Assembly: GCF_009914755.1 (NCBI RefSeq)
Contig: NC_060948.1
Length of the DNA: 64,000 nt
Source: the human T2T-CHM13v2.0 reference genome, Homo sapiens
Direction: 5' to 3' (one strand)
The translations under genes were made by a program, and so were the position numbers. Positions 1 to 15,300 of the stretch are shown in pieces. A model generated the notes under the pieces. It was not told the DNA's origin. It did not search any database and saw only the letters and a program-made list of their open reading frames with translations. How positions within the stretch are numbered: position 1 is the stretch's first letter; every line of letters starts with the position of its first letter.

Positions 1-2023
1 GGAATGGACTGTAATGGAATGGAATGGAAGGGATTGGAATGGACTCGAATGGAATGGACTGCAATAGAAAGGATTCGAATGGAATGAAAAAGAATTGAAT
101 GGAATAGAACAGAATGGAATCAAATCGAATGAAATGGAATGGAATAGAAAGGAATGGAATGAAATGGAATGGAAAGGATTCGAATGGAATGCAATCGAAT
201 GGAATGGAATCGAACGGAATGGAATAAAATGGAAGAAAACTGGCAAGAAATGGAATCGAAATGAATGGAGTGTTATGGAACGGACTCAAAAGGAATTGAA
301 TGTAATAGAATGGAGTGGAGTGGACTCGAATATAATGGACTGGAATGGAATGAAATCACATGGAATGGGAACGAATGGAATGGAATGGAAAGGAATGGAA
401 TCGAATGGAAAGGAATCGAATGGAAGGGAATGAAATTGAATCAACAGGAATGGAAGGGAATAGAATAGACGGTAATGGAATGGACTCGAATAGAATGGAC
501 ACGAATGCTCAAATTGAATGGACTCGAATGGAATGGAAACGAAAGGAATGTCATCGAATGGAATTGAATCGATTGGAATGAAATCGCATAGAATGGAGTG
601 GAATCAAATGGAATTGAATCGAAAGGAAAGGAAGCGAATGGACTGAAATGAAATGGAATGGAATTGAATGGAAAGTAATGCAATGGAATAGAATGGAACG
701 AAATTTCACGGAATGGAATCAAACTGAATGGAATCAAATCAATGGAATCCAATCAAATGGAATGGAGTAGATTGGATTGGATGGGATTGGAATGAAATGT
801 ACTGGAAAGGACTCGAATTTCATGAAACGGAATGGAATGAATTGGAACGGAATGGACTCGAATGGAATGGAATGTCATAGAATGGCATCAAATGGAATGG
901 CATCAAATGGAATGGAATCGAATGCAATGGAATGCTATGGAATGGAATGGAATGCATTGGAATGGAATGTCCTCTAATGGAATGGATTCGAGTGGAATGG
1001 AATCGAATATAATGGAGTCGAATGAAATGGAATTGAAAGGAATGGGATCGAATACAATGGAATATACTGGAATGTAATGTAATGAACTCGAATGTAATTG
1101 ACTGGAATGGAATGTACATGAATGGAATGTAATCGAATGGAAAGTAATCCAATGGAATAGAATCTAATGCAATAAAATCGACTCAGATAGAGTAGAATGT
1201 AATGGAATGGAGTGCAGTGCAATGGAATGGAATGGAATGGAATGCAATGGAATGGAATGGAATGGAATGGAATGGAATGGAATGGGATGGAATGGTATGG
1301 AATGGATGGTAATGGACTGGAGTGAAATGGACTGGAAAGGAATGGACTCAAATTGAAAGGGCTGGAAAGGAATGGAGTCAAATGGAATGGTCTGGAATGG
1401 AATGAACACGAAAGTAATGCAATCCAATAGAATGGAATCGAATGGCATGGAATATAATGAAATGGAATCGAAGAGAATGGAAACAAATGGAATGGAATTG
1501 AATGGAATGGAATTGAATGGAATGGGAACGAATGGAGTGAAATTGTATGCAGTAGAAGGGAATAGAATGGAATGCAAGCGAAAGGAAAGGAATGGATTGG
1601 AATGGAATGGAATTCATTGGAATGGAAGGGAATGTAGTGTAATGGACAGGCCTGGAATAAAGTGGAATGCTACGGTCTCGAATGGAATAAAAATGTATGG
1701 AATGGAATGCAATGAAACGGAATCGAATGTCATAGAATGTAATGGAATGCAAAAAAATGGAATCCAAAATCATTGACTGGAAAGGCTGGGTGTCGAAAGG
1801 AATTGACTCCAATGGAATGGAATCGAATGGAATGGAAGTGAATAGAATCGAACTAAATCGAATGGAATGGAATTGATAGGAACGGAATGGAAAGGAATGC
1901 AATGATTTGGCACGGAATGGAATCGAATGGCATCGAACGGAATGGAATGGAATGCAATTGAATGGAACGTATTAGAATGGAATGAACTTTAATGGAATGT
2001 ACTCGAATGGATTCGACTGGAAT

Positions 2024-2038
2024 GGAATGTTCTGGAAG
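2024..2038. promoter_or_regulatory. Perfect three-pentamer heat-shock element motif (HSE-a), one per DYZ1 unit
   Basis: gGAAt gTTCt gGAAg. Copies start at 2024, 5588, 9137, 12694, 16248, 19782, 23331, 26904, 30452 and 33996. The motif match is direct; function is untested. Confidence 0.55.
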
Positions 2039-2303
2039 TGAATGGACTCCAATGGAATGGATTCAAAAGGAATGGAATCGTACGGAATGGAATCTAATGG
2101 AATGGAATTAAATGGAAATGAATCAAATTGAATAGCATGGAATTGAATTGAATGGAATCGAATGCAATGGAATCTAATGAAACGGAAAGGAAAGGAATGG
2201 AATGGAATGGAATGGGCTGGAATGGAAAGGAATCGAAACGAATGGAATGGAATCGAACTGACGAGACTGGAATGGAATGCACTGGAATGGAAGGGAGTGT
2301 AAT

Positions 2304-2318
2304 GGAAGGTTCTCGAAA
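2304..2318. promoter_or_regulatory. Perfect HSE motif (HSE-b), one per DYZ1 unit
   Basis: gGAAg gTTCt cGAAa. Intact in 9 of 10 copies (TTC>TTG at 34284). Confidence 0.55.
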
Positions 2319-3329
2319 AAAATGGAATCGAATGGAATGGAATTGAATGGAACGGAATAGAGTCGAATGGAATTGAATGGAATGGAATGGACTAGAGTGA
2401 AATGGAATCGAACCACAAGGAATGGACAGGAATAGAATGGTCTCGAATTGAATGGAATCGTATGGAATGGCATCAAACGGAATGGAATGGACAGCCACGG
2501 AATGGAATGCACTCGAATGCAATGGAGTCGAAACTAATGGACTGGAATAGAATGGATTCGACTGGTACGGACTCCAATGGAATGGAATCGAATGGAAGGG
2601 AATCGAACGGAATGGACTCGAAGGGAAAAGACTGCAATGGAAAGGTCTCGAATGGAATGGAAATTAATGGAATGGAATGGAATCGAATGAAATGGAGTCA
2701 AAAGGAATGGAATCGAATGGCAAGAAATCGAATGTAATGGAATCGCCAGGAATTGATGTGAACGGAACGGAATGGAATGGAATCCAAAGGAATGGAATAG
2801 AATGGAATGGAATCGAATGGAAAGGACTCGAATGGAAATCACTCGAATAGAATGAAATTTAATAAAATAGGATCAAACGTAATGGAATGGAATGGAAAGG
2901 AATCGAAACGAAAGGAATGGAGACAGATGGAATGGAATGGAACAGAGAGCAATGGTATAGAATGGAATGGAATCATCTGGAATGGAATTGAATGGAATGG
3001 AATAATATGAAATGGAATGGAATGGAATGGAATGGAATGCCCTTGAATTAAATGGACTGGAATGGAATGGACTCGAACAGAGTGGAATGGAAAGTGTTGA
3101 GATAGAATGGAATGGACTCCTTTGGAATGGTGTAGTATGCAATGCAATCGACTGGCAGGGAATCAAAAGGAATGTAATCGAATGGATTGGACTGGAATGC
3201 AATGGACTCGAATAGATTGGAAACGGAATGCAAAGGAATGGAATGGAATAGTATGGAATGGAATGGAAAGGAATGGAGTGGAATAGACTAGAGTGGAATG
3301 GAATGGACTGGAAAGCAATGGACTGGAAT

Positions 3330-3344
3330 GGAACTTTCTTGAAT
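3330..3344. promoter_or_regulatory. Perfect HSE motif (HSE-c), one per DYZ1 unit
   Basis: gGAAc tTTCt tGAAt. Also at 6894, 10441, 14000, 17559, 21088 and later units. Confidence 0.55.
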
Positions 3345-6300
3345 GGACTGGAATCAAACGGAATGGAATGCAATGCAATCAAATGGCATGGAATAAAATA
3401 GAATGAAAGAGAATCAAATGGAATTGAATCGAATGGAATCGAATGGATTGGAAAGGAATAGAATGGAATGGAATGGAATTGACTCAAATGGAATGGACTA
3501 GAATGGAATGGATTCGAATGGAAGGCAAAGGAATGGAATCTATTGGAATGGACTGTAATGGAATGGAATGGAAGGGATTGGAATGGACTCGAATGGAATG
3601 GACTGCAATAGAAAGGATTCGAATGGAATGAAAAAGAATTGAATGGAATAGAACAGAATGGAATCAAATCGAATGAAATGGAATGGAATAGAAAGGAATG
3701 GAATGAAATGGAATGGAAAGGATTCGAATGGAATGCAATCGAATGGAATGGAATCGAACGGAATGGAATAAAATGGAAGAAAACTGGCAAGAAATGGAAT
3801 CGAAATGAATGGAGTGTTATGGAACAGACTCAAAAGGAATTGAATGTAATAGAATGGAGTGGAGTGGACTCGAATATAATGGACTGGAATGGAATGAAAT
3901 CACATGGAATGGGAACGAATGGAATGGAATGGAAAGGAATGGAATCGAATGGAAAGGAATCGAATGGAAGGGAATGAAATTGAATCAACAGGAATGGAAG
4001 GGAATAGAATAGACGGTAATGGAATGGACTCGAATAGAATGGACACGAATGCTCAAATTGAATGGACTCGAAAGGAATGGAAACGAAAGGAATGTCATCG
4101 AATGGAATTGAATCGATTGGAATGAAATCGCATAGAATGGAGTGGAATCAAATGGAATTGAATCGAAAGGAAAGGAAGCGAATGGACTGAAATGAAATGG
4201 AATGGAATTGAATGGAAAGTAATGCAATGGAATAGAATGGAACGAAATTTCACGGAATGGAATCAAACTGAATGGAATCAAATCAATGGAATCTAATCAA
4301 ATGGAATGGAAAGGAATTGAATGGTGTAGATTGGATTGGATGGGATTGGAATGAAATGTACTGGAAAGGACTCGAATTTCATGAAACGGAATGGAATGAA
4401 TTGGAACGGAATGGACTCGAATGGAATGGAATGTCATGGAATGGCATCAAATGGAATGGCATCAAATGGAATGGAATCGAATGCAATGGAATGCTATGGA
4501 ATGGAATGGAATGCATTGGAATGGAATGTCCTCAAATGGAATGGATTCGAGTGGAATGGAATCGAATATAATGGAGTCGAATGAAATGGAATTGAAAGGA
4601 ATGGGATCGAATAGAATGGAATATACTGAAATGTAATGTAATGAACTCGAATGTAATTGACTGGAATGGAATGTACATGAATGGAATGTGATCGAATGGA
4701 AAGTAATCCAATGGAATAGAATCTAATGCAATAAAACCGACTCAGATAGAGTAGAATGTAATGGAATGGAGTGCAGTGCAATGGAATGGAATGGAATTGA
4801 ATGCAATGGAATGGAATGGAATGGAATGGAATGGAATGGAATGGAATGGGATGGAATGGTATGGAATGGATAGTAATGGACTGGAGTGAAATGGACTGGA
4901 AAGGAATGGACTCAAATTGAAAGGGCTCGAAAGGAATGGAGTCAAATGGAATGGTCTGGAATGGAATGAAAACGAATGTAATGCAATCCAATAGAATGGA
5001 AACGAATGGCATGGAATATAAAGAAATGGAATCGAAGAGAATGGAAACAAATGGAATGGAATTGAATGGAATGGAATTGAATGGAATGGGAACGAATGGA
5101 GTGAAATTGTATGCAGTAGAAGGGAATAGAATGGAATGCAAGCGAAAGGAAAGGAATGGATTGGAATGGAATGGAATTCATTGGAATGGAAGGGAATGTA
5201 GTGTAATGGACAGGCCTGGAATAAAGTGGAATGCTACGGTCTCGAATGGAATAAAAATGTATGGAATGGAATGCAATGAAACGGAATCGAATGTCATAGA
5301 ATGTAATGGAATGCAACAAAATGGAATCCAAAATCATTGACTGGAAAGGCTGGGTGTCGAAAGGAATTGACTCCAATGGAATGGAATCGAATGGAATGGA
5401 AGTGAATAGAATCGAACTAAATCGAATGGAATGGAATTGATAGGAACGGAATGGAAAGGAATGCAATGATTTGGCATGGAATGGAATCGAATGGCATCGA
5501 ATGGAATGGAATGGAATGCAATGGAATGGAATGTATTAGAATGTAATGAACTTTAATGGAATGTACTCGAATGGATTCGACTGGAATGGAATGTTCTGGA
5601 AGTGAATGGACTCCAATGGAATGGATTCAAAACGAATGGAATCGTACGGAATGGAATCTAATGGAATGGAATTAAATGGAAATGAATCAAATTGAATAGC
5701 ACGGAATTGAATTGAATGGAATCGAATGCAATGGAATCTAATGAAACGGAAAGGAAAGGAATGCAATGGAATGGAATGGGCTGGAATGGAAAGGAATCGA
5801 AACGAATGGAATGGAATCGAACTGACGAGACTGGAATGGAATGCACTGGAATGGAAGGGAGTGTAATGGAAGGTTCTCGAAAAAAATGGAATCGAATGGA
5901 ATGGAATTGAATGGAACGGAATAGAGTCGAATGGAATTGAATGGAATGGAATGGACTAGAGTGAAATGGAATCGAACCACAAGGAATGGAGAGGAATAGA
6001 ATGGTCTCGAATTGAATGGAATCGTATGGAATGGCATCAAACGGAATGGAATGGACAGCCACGGAATGGAATGCACTCGAATGCAATGGAGTCGAAACTA
6101 ATGGACTGGAATAGAATGGACTCGACTGGTACGGACTCCAATGGAATGGAATCGAATGGAAGGGAATCGAACGGAATGGACTCGAAGGGAAAAGACTGCA
6201 ATGGAAAGGTCTCGAATGGAATGGAAATTAATGGAATGGAATGGAATCGAATGAAATGGAGTCAAAAGGAATGGAATCGAATGGCAAGAAATCGAATGTA

Positions 6301-9300
6301 ATGGAATCGCAAGGAATTGATGTGAACGGAACGGAATGGAATGGAATCCAAAGGAATGGAATAGAATGGAATGGAATCGAATGGAAAGGACTCGAATGGA
6401 AATCACTCGAATAGAATGCAATTTAATAAAATAGGATCAAATGTAATGGAATGGAATGGAAAGGAATCGAAACGAAAGGAATGGAGACAGATGGAATGGA
6501 ATGGAACAGAGAGCAATGGTATAGAATGGAATGGAATCATCTGGAATGGAATTGAATGGAATGGAATAATATGAAATGGAATGGAATGGAATGGAATGGA
6601 ATGCCCTTGAATTAAATGGACTGGAATGGAATGGACTCGAACAGAGTGGAATGGAAAGTGTTGAGATAGAATGGAATGGACTCGTTTGGAATGGTCTAGT
6701 ATGCAATGCAATCGACTGGCAGGGAATCAAAAGGAATGTAATCGAATGGATTGGACTGGAATGCAATGGACTCGAATAGATTGCAAACGGAATGCAAAGG
6801 AATGGAATGGAATAGTATGGAATGGAATGGAAAGGAATGGAGTGGAATAGACTAGAGTGGAATGGAATGGACTGGAAAGCAATGGACTGGAATGGAACTT
6901 TCTTGAATGGACTGGAATCAAACGGAATGGAATGCAGTGCAATCAAATGGCATGGAATAAAATAGAATGAAAGAGAATGAAATGGAATTGAATCGAATGG
7001 AATCGAATGGATTGGAAAGGAATAGAATGGAATGGAATGGAATTGACTCAAATGGAATGGACTAGAATGGAATGGATTCGAATGGAAGGCAAAGGAATGG
7101 AATCTATTGGAATGGACTGTAATGGAATGGAATGGAAGGGATTGGAATGGACTCGAATGGAATGGACTGCAATAGAAAGGATTCGAATGGAATGAAAAAG
7201 AATTGAATGGAATAGAACAGAATGGAATCAAATCGAATGAAATGGAATGGAATAGAAAGGAATGGAATGAAATGGAATGGAAAGGATTCGAATGGAATGC
7301 AATCGAATGGAATGGAATCGAACGGAATGGAATAAAATGGAAGAAAACTGGCAAGAAATGGAATCGAAATGAATGGAGTGTTATGGAACGGACTCAAAAG
7401 GAATTGAATGTAATAGAATGGAGTGGAGTGGACTCGAATATAATGGACTGGAATGGAATGAAATCACATGGAATGGGAACGAATGGAATGGAATGGAAAG
7501 GAATGGAATCGAATGGAAAGGAATCTAATGGAAGGGAATGAAATTGAATCAACAGGAATGGAAGGGAATAGAATAGACGGTAATGGAATGGACTCGAATA
7601 GAATGGACACGAATGCTGAAATTGAATGGACTCGAATGGAATGGCAACGAAAGGAATGTCATCGAATGGAATTGAATCGATTGGAATGAAATCGCATAGA
7701 ATGGAGTGGAATCAAATGGAATTGAATCGAAAGGAAAGGAAGCGAATGGACTGAAATGAAATGGAATGGAATTGAATGGAAAGTAATGCAATGGAATAGA
7801 ATGGAACGAAATTTCACGGAATGGAATCAAACTGAATGGAATCAAATCAATGGAATCTAATCAAATGGAATGGAAAGGAATTGAATGGAGTAGATTGGAT
7901 TGGATGGGATTGGAATGAAATGTACTGGAAAGGACTCGAATTTCATGAAACGGAATGGAATGAATTGGAACGGAATGGACTCGAATGGAATGGAATGTCA
8001 TGGAATGGCATCAAATGGAATGGCATCAAATGGAATGGAATCGAATGCAATGGAATGCTACGGAATGGAATGGAATGCATTGGAATAGAAAGTCCTCTAA
8101 TGGAATGTATTCGAGTGGAATGGAATCGAATATAATGGAGTCGAATGAAATGGAATTGAAAAGAATGGGATCAAATACAATGGAATATACTGGAATGTAA
8201 TGTAATGAACTCGAATGTAATTGACTGGAATGGAATGTACATGAATGGAATGTAATCGAATGGAAAGTAATCCAATGGAATAGAAACTAATGCAATAAAA
8301 TCGACTCAAATAGAGTAGAATGTAATGGAATGGAGTGCAGTGCAATGGAATGGAATGGAATGGAATGCAATGGAATGGAATGGATTGGAATGGAATGGGA
8401 TGGAATGGTGTGGAATGGATAGTAATGGACTGGTGTGAAATGGACTGGAAAGGAATGGACTCAAATTGAAAGGGCTCGAAAGGAATGGAGTCAAATGGAA
8501 TGGTCTGGAATGGAATGAACACGAATGTAATGCAATCCAATAGAATGGAATCGAATGGCATGGAACATAAAGAAATGGAATCGAAGAGAATGGAAACAAA
8601 TGGAATGGAATTGAATGGAATGGAATTGAATGGAATGGGAAGGAATGGAGTGAAATTGTATGCAGTAGTAGAGAATAGAATGGAATGCAAGTGAAAGGAA
8701 AGGAATGGATTGGAATGGAATGGAATTCATTGGAATGGAAGGGAATGTAGTGTAATGGACAGGCCTGGAATAAAGTGGAATGCTACGGTCTCGAATGGAA
8801 TAAAAATGTATGGAATGGAATGCAATGAAACGGAATCGAATGTCATAGAATGTAATGGAATGCAAAAAAATGGAATCCAAAATCATTGACTGGAAAGGCT
8901 GGGTGTCGAAAGGAATTGACTCCAATGGAATGGAATCGAATGGAATGGAAGTGAATAGAATCGAACTAAATCGAATGGAATGGAATTGATAGGAACGGAA
9001 TGGAAAGGAATGCAATGATTTGGCATGGAATGGAATCGAATGGCATCGAATGGAATGGAATGGAATGCAATGGAATGGAATGTATTAGAATGTAATGAAC
9101 TTTAATGGAATGTACTCGAATGGATTCGACTGGAATGGAATGTTCTGGAAGTGAATGGACTCCAATGGAATGGATTCAAAAGGAATGGAATCGTACGGAA
9201 TGGAATCTAATGGAATGGAATTAAATGGAAATGAATCAAATTGAATAGCACGGAATTGAATTGAATGGAATGGAATGCAATGGAATCTAATGAAACGGAA

Positions 9301-12300
9301 AGGAAAGGAATGGAATGGAATGGAATGGGCTGGAATGGAAAGGAATCGAAACGAATGGAATGGAATCGAACTGAAGAGACTGGAATGGAATGCACTGGAA
9401 TGGAAGGGAGTGTAATGAAGGTTCTCGAAAAAAATGGAATCGAATGGAATGGAATTGAATGGAACGGAATAGAGTCGAATGGAATTGAATGGAATGGAAT
9501 GGACTAGAGTGAAATGGAATCGAACCACAAGGAATGGACAGGAATAGAATGGTCTCGAATTGAATGGAATCGTATGGAATGGCATCAAACGGAATGGAAT
9601 GGACAGCCACGGAATGGAATGCACTCGAATGCAATGGAGTCGAAACTAATGGACTGGAATAGAATGGACTCGACTGGTACGGACTCCAATGGAATGGAAT
9701 CGAATGGAAGGGAATCGAACGGAATGGACTCGAAGGGAAAGACTGCAATGGAAAGGTCTTGAATGGAATGGAAATTAATGGAATGGAATGGAATCGAATG
9801 AAATGGAGTCAAAAGGAATGGAATCGAATGGCAAGAAATCGAATGTAATGGAATCGCAAGGAATTGATGTGAACGGAACGGAATGGAATGGAATCCAAAG
9901 GAATGGAATAGAATGGAATGGAATCGAATGGAAAGGACTCGAATGGAAATCACTCGAATAGAATGCAATTTAATAAAATAGGATCAAATGTAATGGAATG
10001 GAATGGAAAGGAATCGAAACGAAAGGAATGGAGACAGATGGAATGGAATGGAACAGAGAGCAATGGTATAGAATGGAATGGAATCATCTGGAATGGAATT
10101 GAATGGAATGGAATAATATGAAATGGAATGGAATGGAATGGAATGGAATGCCCTTGAATTAAATGGACTGGAATGGAATGGACTCGAACAGAGTGGAATG
10201 GAAAGTGTTGAGATAGAATGGAATGGACTCCTTTGGAATGGTGTAGTATGCAATGCAATCGACTGGCAGGGAATCAAAAGGAATGTAATCGAATGGATTG
10301 GACTGGAATGCAATGGACTCGAATAGATTGGAAACGGAATGCAAAGGAATGGAATGGAATAGTATGGAATGGAATGGAAAGGAATGGAGTGGAATAGACT
10401 AGAGTGGAATGGAATGGACTGGAAAGCAATGGACTGGAATGGAACTTTCTTGAATGGACTGGAATCAAACGGAATGGAATGCAATGCAATCAAATGGCAT
10501 GGAATAAAATAGAATGAAAGAGAATCAAATGGAATTGAATCGAATGGAATCGAATGGATTGGAAAGGAATAGAATGGAATGGAATGGAATTGACTCAAAT
10601 GGAATGGACTAGAATGGAATGGATTCGAATGGAAGGCAAAGGAATGGAATCTATTGGAATGGACTGTAATGGAATGGAATGGAAGGGATTGGAATGGACT
10701 CGAATGGAATGGACTGCAATAGAAAGGATTCGAATGGAATGAAAAAGAATTGAATGGAATAGAACAGAATGGAATCAAATCGAATGAAATGGAATGGAAT
10801 AGAAAGGAATGGAATGAAATGGAATGGAAAGGATTCGAATGGAATGCAATCGAATGGAATGGAATCGAACGGAATGGAATAAAATGGAAGAAAACTGGCA
10901 AGAAATGGAATCGAAATGAATGGAGTGTTATGGAACAGACTCAAAAGGAATTGAATGTAATAGAATGGAGTGGAGTGGACTCGAATATAATGGACTGGAA
11001 TGGAATGAAATCACATGGAATGGGAACGAATGGAATGGAATGGAAAGGAATGGAATCGAATGGAAAGGAATCGAATGGAAGGGAATGAAATTGAATCAAC
11101 AGGAATGGAAGGGAATAGAATAGACGGTAATGGAATGGACTCGAATAGAATGGACACGAATGCTCAAATTGAATGGACTCGAATGGAATGGAAACGAAAG
11201 GAATGTCATCGAATGGAATTGAATCGATTGGAATGAAATCGCATAGAATGGAGTGGAATCAAATGGAATTGAATCGAAAGGAAAGGAAGCGAATGGACTG
11301 AAATGAAATGGAATGGAATTGAATGGAAAGTAATGCAATGGAATAGAATGGAACGAAATTTCACGGAATGGAATCAAACTGAATGGAATCAAATCAATGG
11401 AATCTAATCAAATGGAATGGAAAGGAATTGAATGGAGTAGATTGGATTGGATGGGATTGGAATGAAATGTACTGGAAAGGACTCGAATTTCATGAAACGG
11501 AATGGAATGAATTGGAACGGAACGGACTCGAATGGAATGGAATGTCATGGAATGGCATCAAATGGAATGGCATCAAATGGAATGGAATCGAATGCAATGG
11601 AATGCTATGGAATGGAATGGAATGCATTGGAATGGAATGTCCTCAAATGGAATGGATTCGAGTGGAATGGAATCGAATATAATGGAGTCGAATGAAATGG
11701 AATTGAAAGGAATGGGATCGAATAGAATGGAATATACTGAAATGTAATGTAATGAACTCGAATGTAATTGACTGGAATGGAATGTACATGAATGGAATGT
11801 AATCGAATGGAAAGTAATCCAATGGAATAGAATCTAATGCAATAAAACCGACTCAGATAGAGTAGAATGTAGTGGAATGGAGTGCAGTGCAATGGAATGG
11901 AATGGAATTGAAAGCAATGGAATGGAATGGAATGGAATGGAAGGGAATGGAATGGGATGGAATGGTATGGAATGGATAGTAATGGACTGGAGTGAAATGG
12001 ACTGGAAAGGAATGGACTCAAATTGAAAGGGCTCGAAAGGAATGGAGTCAAATGGAATGGTCTGGAATGGAATGAAAACGAATGTAATGCAATCCAATAG
12101 AATGGAAACGAATGGCATGGAATATAAAGAAATGGAATTGAAGAGAATGGAAACAAATGGAATGGAATTGAATGGAATGGAATTGAATGGAATGGGAACG
12201 AATGGAGTGAAATTGTATGCAGTAGAAGGGAATAGAATGGAATGCAAGCGAAAGGAAAGGAATGGATTGGAATGGAATGGAATTCATTGGAATGGAAGGG

Positions 12301-15300
12301 AATGTAGTGTAATGGACAGGCCTGGAATAAAGTGGAATGCTACGGTCTCGAATGGAATAAAAATGTATGGAATGGAATGCAATGAAACGGAATCGAATGT
12401 CATAGAATGTAATGGAATGCAACAAAATGGAATCCAAAATCATTGACTGGAAAGGCTGGGTGTCGAAAGGAATTGACTCCAATGGAATGGAATCGAATGG
12501 AATGGAAGTGAATAGAATCGAACTAAATCGAATGGAATGGAATTGATAGGAACGGAATGGAAAGGAATGCAATGATTTGGCATGGAATGGAATCGAATGG
12601 CATCGAATGGAATGGAATGGAATGCAATGGAATGGAATGTATTAGAATGTAATGAACTTTAATGGAATGTACTCGAATGGATTCGACTGGAATGGAATGT
12701 TCTGGAAGTGAATGCACTCCAATGGAATGGATTCAAAACGAATGGAATCGTACGGAATGGAATCTAATGGAATGGAATTAAATGGAAATGAATCAAATTG
12801 AATAGCACGGAATTGAATTGAATGGAATCGAATGCAATGGAATCTAATGAAACGGAAAGGAAAGGAATGCAATGGAATGGAATGGGCTGGAATGGAAAGG
12901 AATCGAAACGAATGGAATGGAATCGAACTGAAGAGACTGGAATGGAATGCACTGGAATGGAAGGGAGTGTAATGGAAGGTTCTCGAAAAAAATGGAATCG
13001 AATGGAATGGAATTGAATGGAACGGAATAGAGTCGAATGGAATTGAATGGAATGGAATGGACTAGAGTGAAATGGAATCGAACCACAAGGAATGGAGAGG
13101 AATAGAATGGTCTCGAATTGAATGGAATCGTATGGAATGGCATCAAACGGAATGGAATGGACAGCCACGGAATGGAATGCACTCGAATGCAATGGAGTCG
13201 AAACTAATGGACTGGAATAGAATGGACTCGACTGGTACGGACTCCAATGGAAGGGAATCGAACGGAAGGGAATCGAACGGAATGGACTCGAAGGGAAAAG
13301 ACTGCAATGGAAAGGTCTCGAATGGAATGGAAATTAATGGAATGGAATGGAATCGAATGAAATGGAGTCAAAAGGAATGGAATCGAATGGCAAGAAATCG
13401 AATGTAATGGAATCGCAAGGAATTGATGTGAACGGAACGGAATGGAATGGAATCCAAAGGAATGGAATAGAATGGAATGGAATCGAATGGAAAGGACTCG
13501 AATGGAAATCACTCGAATAGAATGCAATTTAATAAAATAGGATCAAATGTAATGGAATGGAATGGAAAGGAATCGAAACGAAAGGAATGGAGACAGATGG
13601 AATGGAATGGAACAGAGAGCAATGGTATAGAATGGAATGGAATCATCTGGAATGGAATTGAATGGAATGGAATAATATGAAATGGAATGGAATGGAATGG
13701 AATGGAATGCCCTTGAATTAAATGGACTGGAATGGAATGGACTCGAACAGAGTGGAATGGAAAGTGTTGAGATAGAATGGAATGGACTCCTTTGGAATGG
13801 TGTAGTATGCAATGCAATCGACTGGCAGGGAATCAAAAGGAATGTAATCGAATGGATTGGACTGGAATGCAATGGACTCGAATAGATTGGAAACGGAATG
13901 CAAAGGAATGGAATGGAATAGTATGGAATGGAATGGAAAGGAATGGAGTGGAATAGACTAGAGTGGAATGGAATGGACTGGAAAGCAATGGACTGGAATG
14001 GAACTTTCTTGAATGGACTGGAATCAAACGGAATGGAATGCAATGCAATCAAATGGCATGGAATAAAATAGAATGAAAGAGAATCAAATGGAATTGAATC
14101 GAATGGAATCGAATGGATTGGAAAGGAATAGAATGGAATGGAATTGACTCAAATGGAATGGACTAGAATGGAATGGATTCGAATGGAAGGCAAAGGAATG
14201 GAATCTATTGGAATGGACTGTAATGGAATGGAATGGAAGGGATTGGAATGGACTCGAATGGAATGGACTGCAATAGAAAGGATTCGAATGGAATGAAAAA
14301 GAATTGAATGGAATAGAACAGAATGGAATCAAATCGAATGAAATGGAATGGAATAGAAAGGAATGGAATGAAATGGAATGGAAAGGATTCGAATGGAATG
14401 CAATCGAATGGAATGGAATCGAACGGAATGGAATAAAATGGAAGAAAACTGGCAAGAAATGGAATCGAAATGAATGGAGTGTTATGGAACAGACTCAAAA
14501 GGAATTGAATGTAATAGAATGGAGTGGAGTGGACTCGAATATAATGGACTGGAATGGAATGAAATCACATGGAATGGGAACGAATGGAATGGAATGGAAA
14601 GGAATGGAATCGAATGGAAAGGAATCGAATGGAAGGGAATGAAATTGAATCAACAGGAATGGAAGGGAATAGAATAGACGGTAATGGAATGGACTCGAAT
14701 AGAATGGACACGAATGCTCAAATTGAATGGACTCGAATGGAATGGAAACGAAAGGAATGTCATCGAATGGAATTGAATCGATTGGAATGAAATCGCGTAG
14801 AATGGAGTGGAATCAAATGGAATTGAATCGAAAGGAAAGGAAGCGAATGGACTGAAATGAAATGGAATGGAATTGAATGGAAAGTAATGCAATGGAATAG
14901 AATGGAACGAAATTTCACGGAATGGAATCAAACTGAATGGAATCAAATCAATGGAATCTAATCAAATGGAATGGAAAGGAATTGAATGGAGTAGATTGGA
15001 TTGGATGGGATTGGAATGAAATGTACTGGAAAGGACTCGAATTTCATGAAACGGAATGGAATGAATTGGAACGGAACGGACTCGAATGGAATGGAATGTC
15101 ATGGAATGGCATCAAATGGAATGGCATCAAATGGAATGGAATCGAATGCAATGGAATGCTATGGAATGGAATGGAATGCATTGGAATGGAATGTCCTCAA
15201 ATGGAATGGATTCGAGTGGAATGGAATCGAATATAATGGAGTCGAATGAAATGGAATTGAAAGGAATGGGATCGAATAGAATGGAATATACTGAAATGTA

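Larger units (their letters stand above)
1649..5212 (+). repeat. DYZ1: One complete 3564-bp DYZ1 unit (HaeIII to HaeIII), representative copy
   Basis: GGCC at 1649 and 5213. Landmarks such as GAAGAAAACTGGCAAG, GGCTGGGTGTCG, ACAGCCACGG and GCCCTTGAATTA each occur once per interval. Confidence 0.93.

Noticed and set aside
705-713. STAT/GAS-like TTCACGGAA once per DYZ1 unit
   Set aside because: A single short motif whose GAA half is supplied by the background; no further support.
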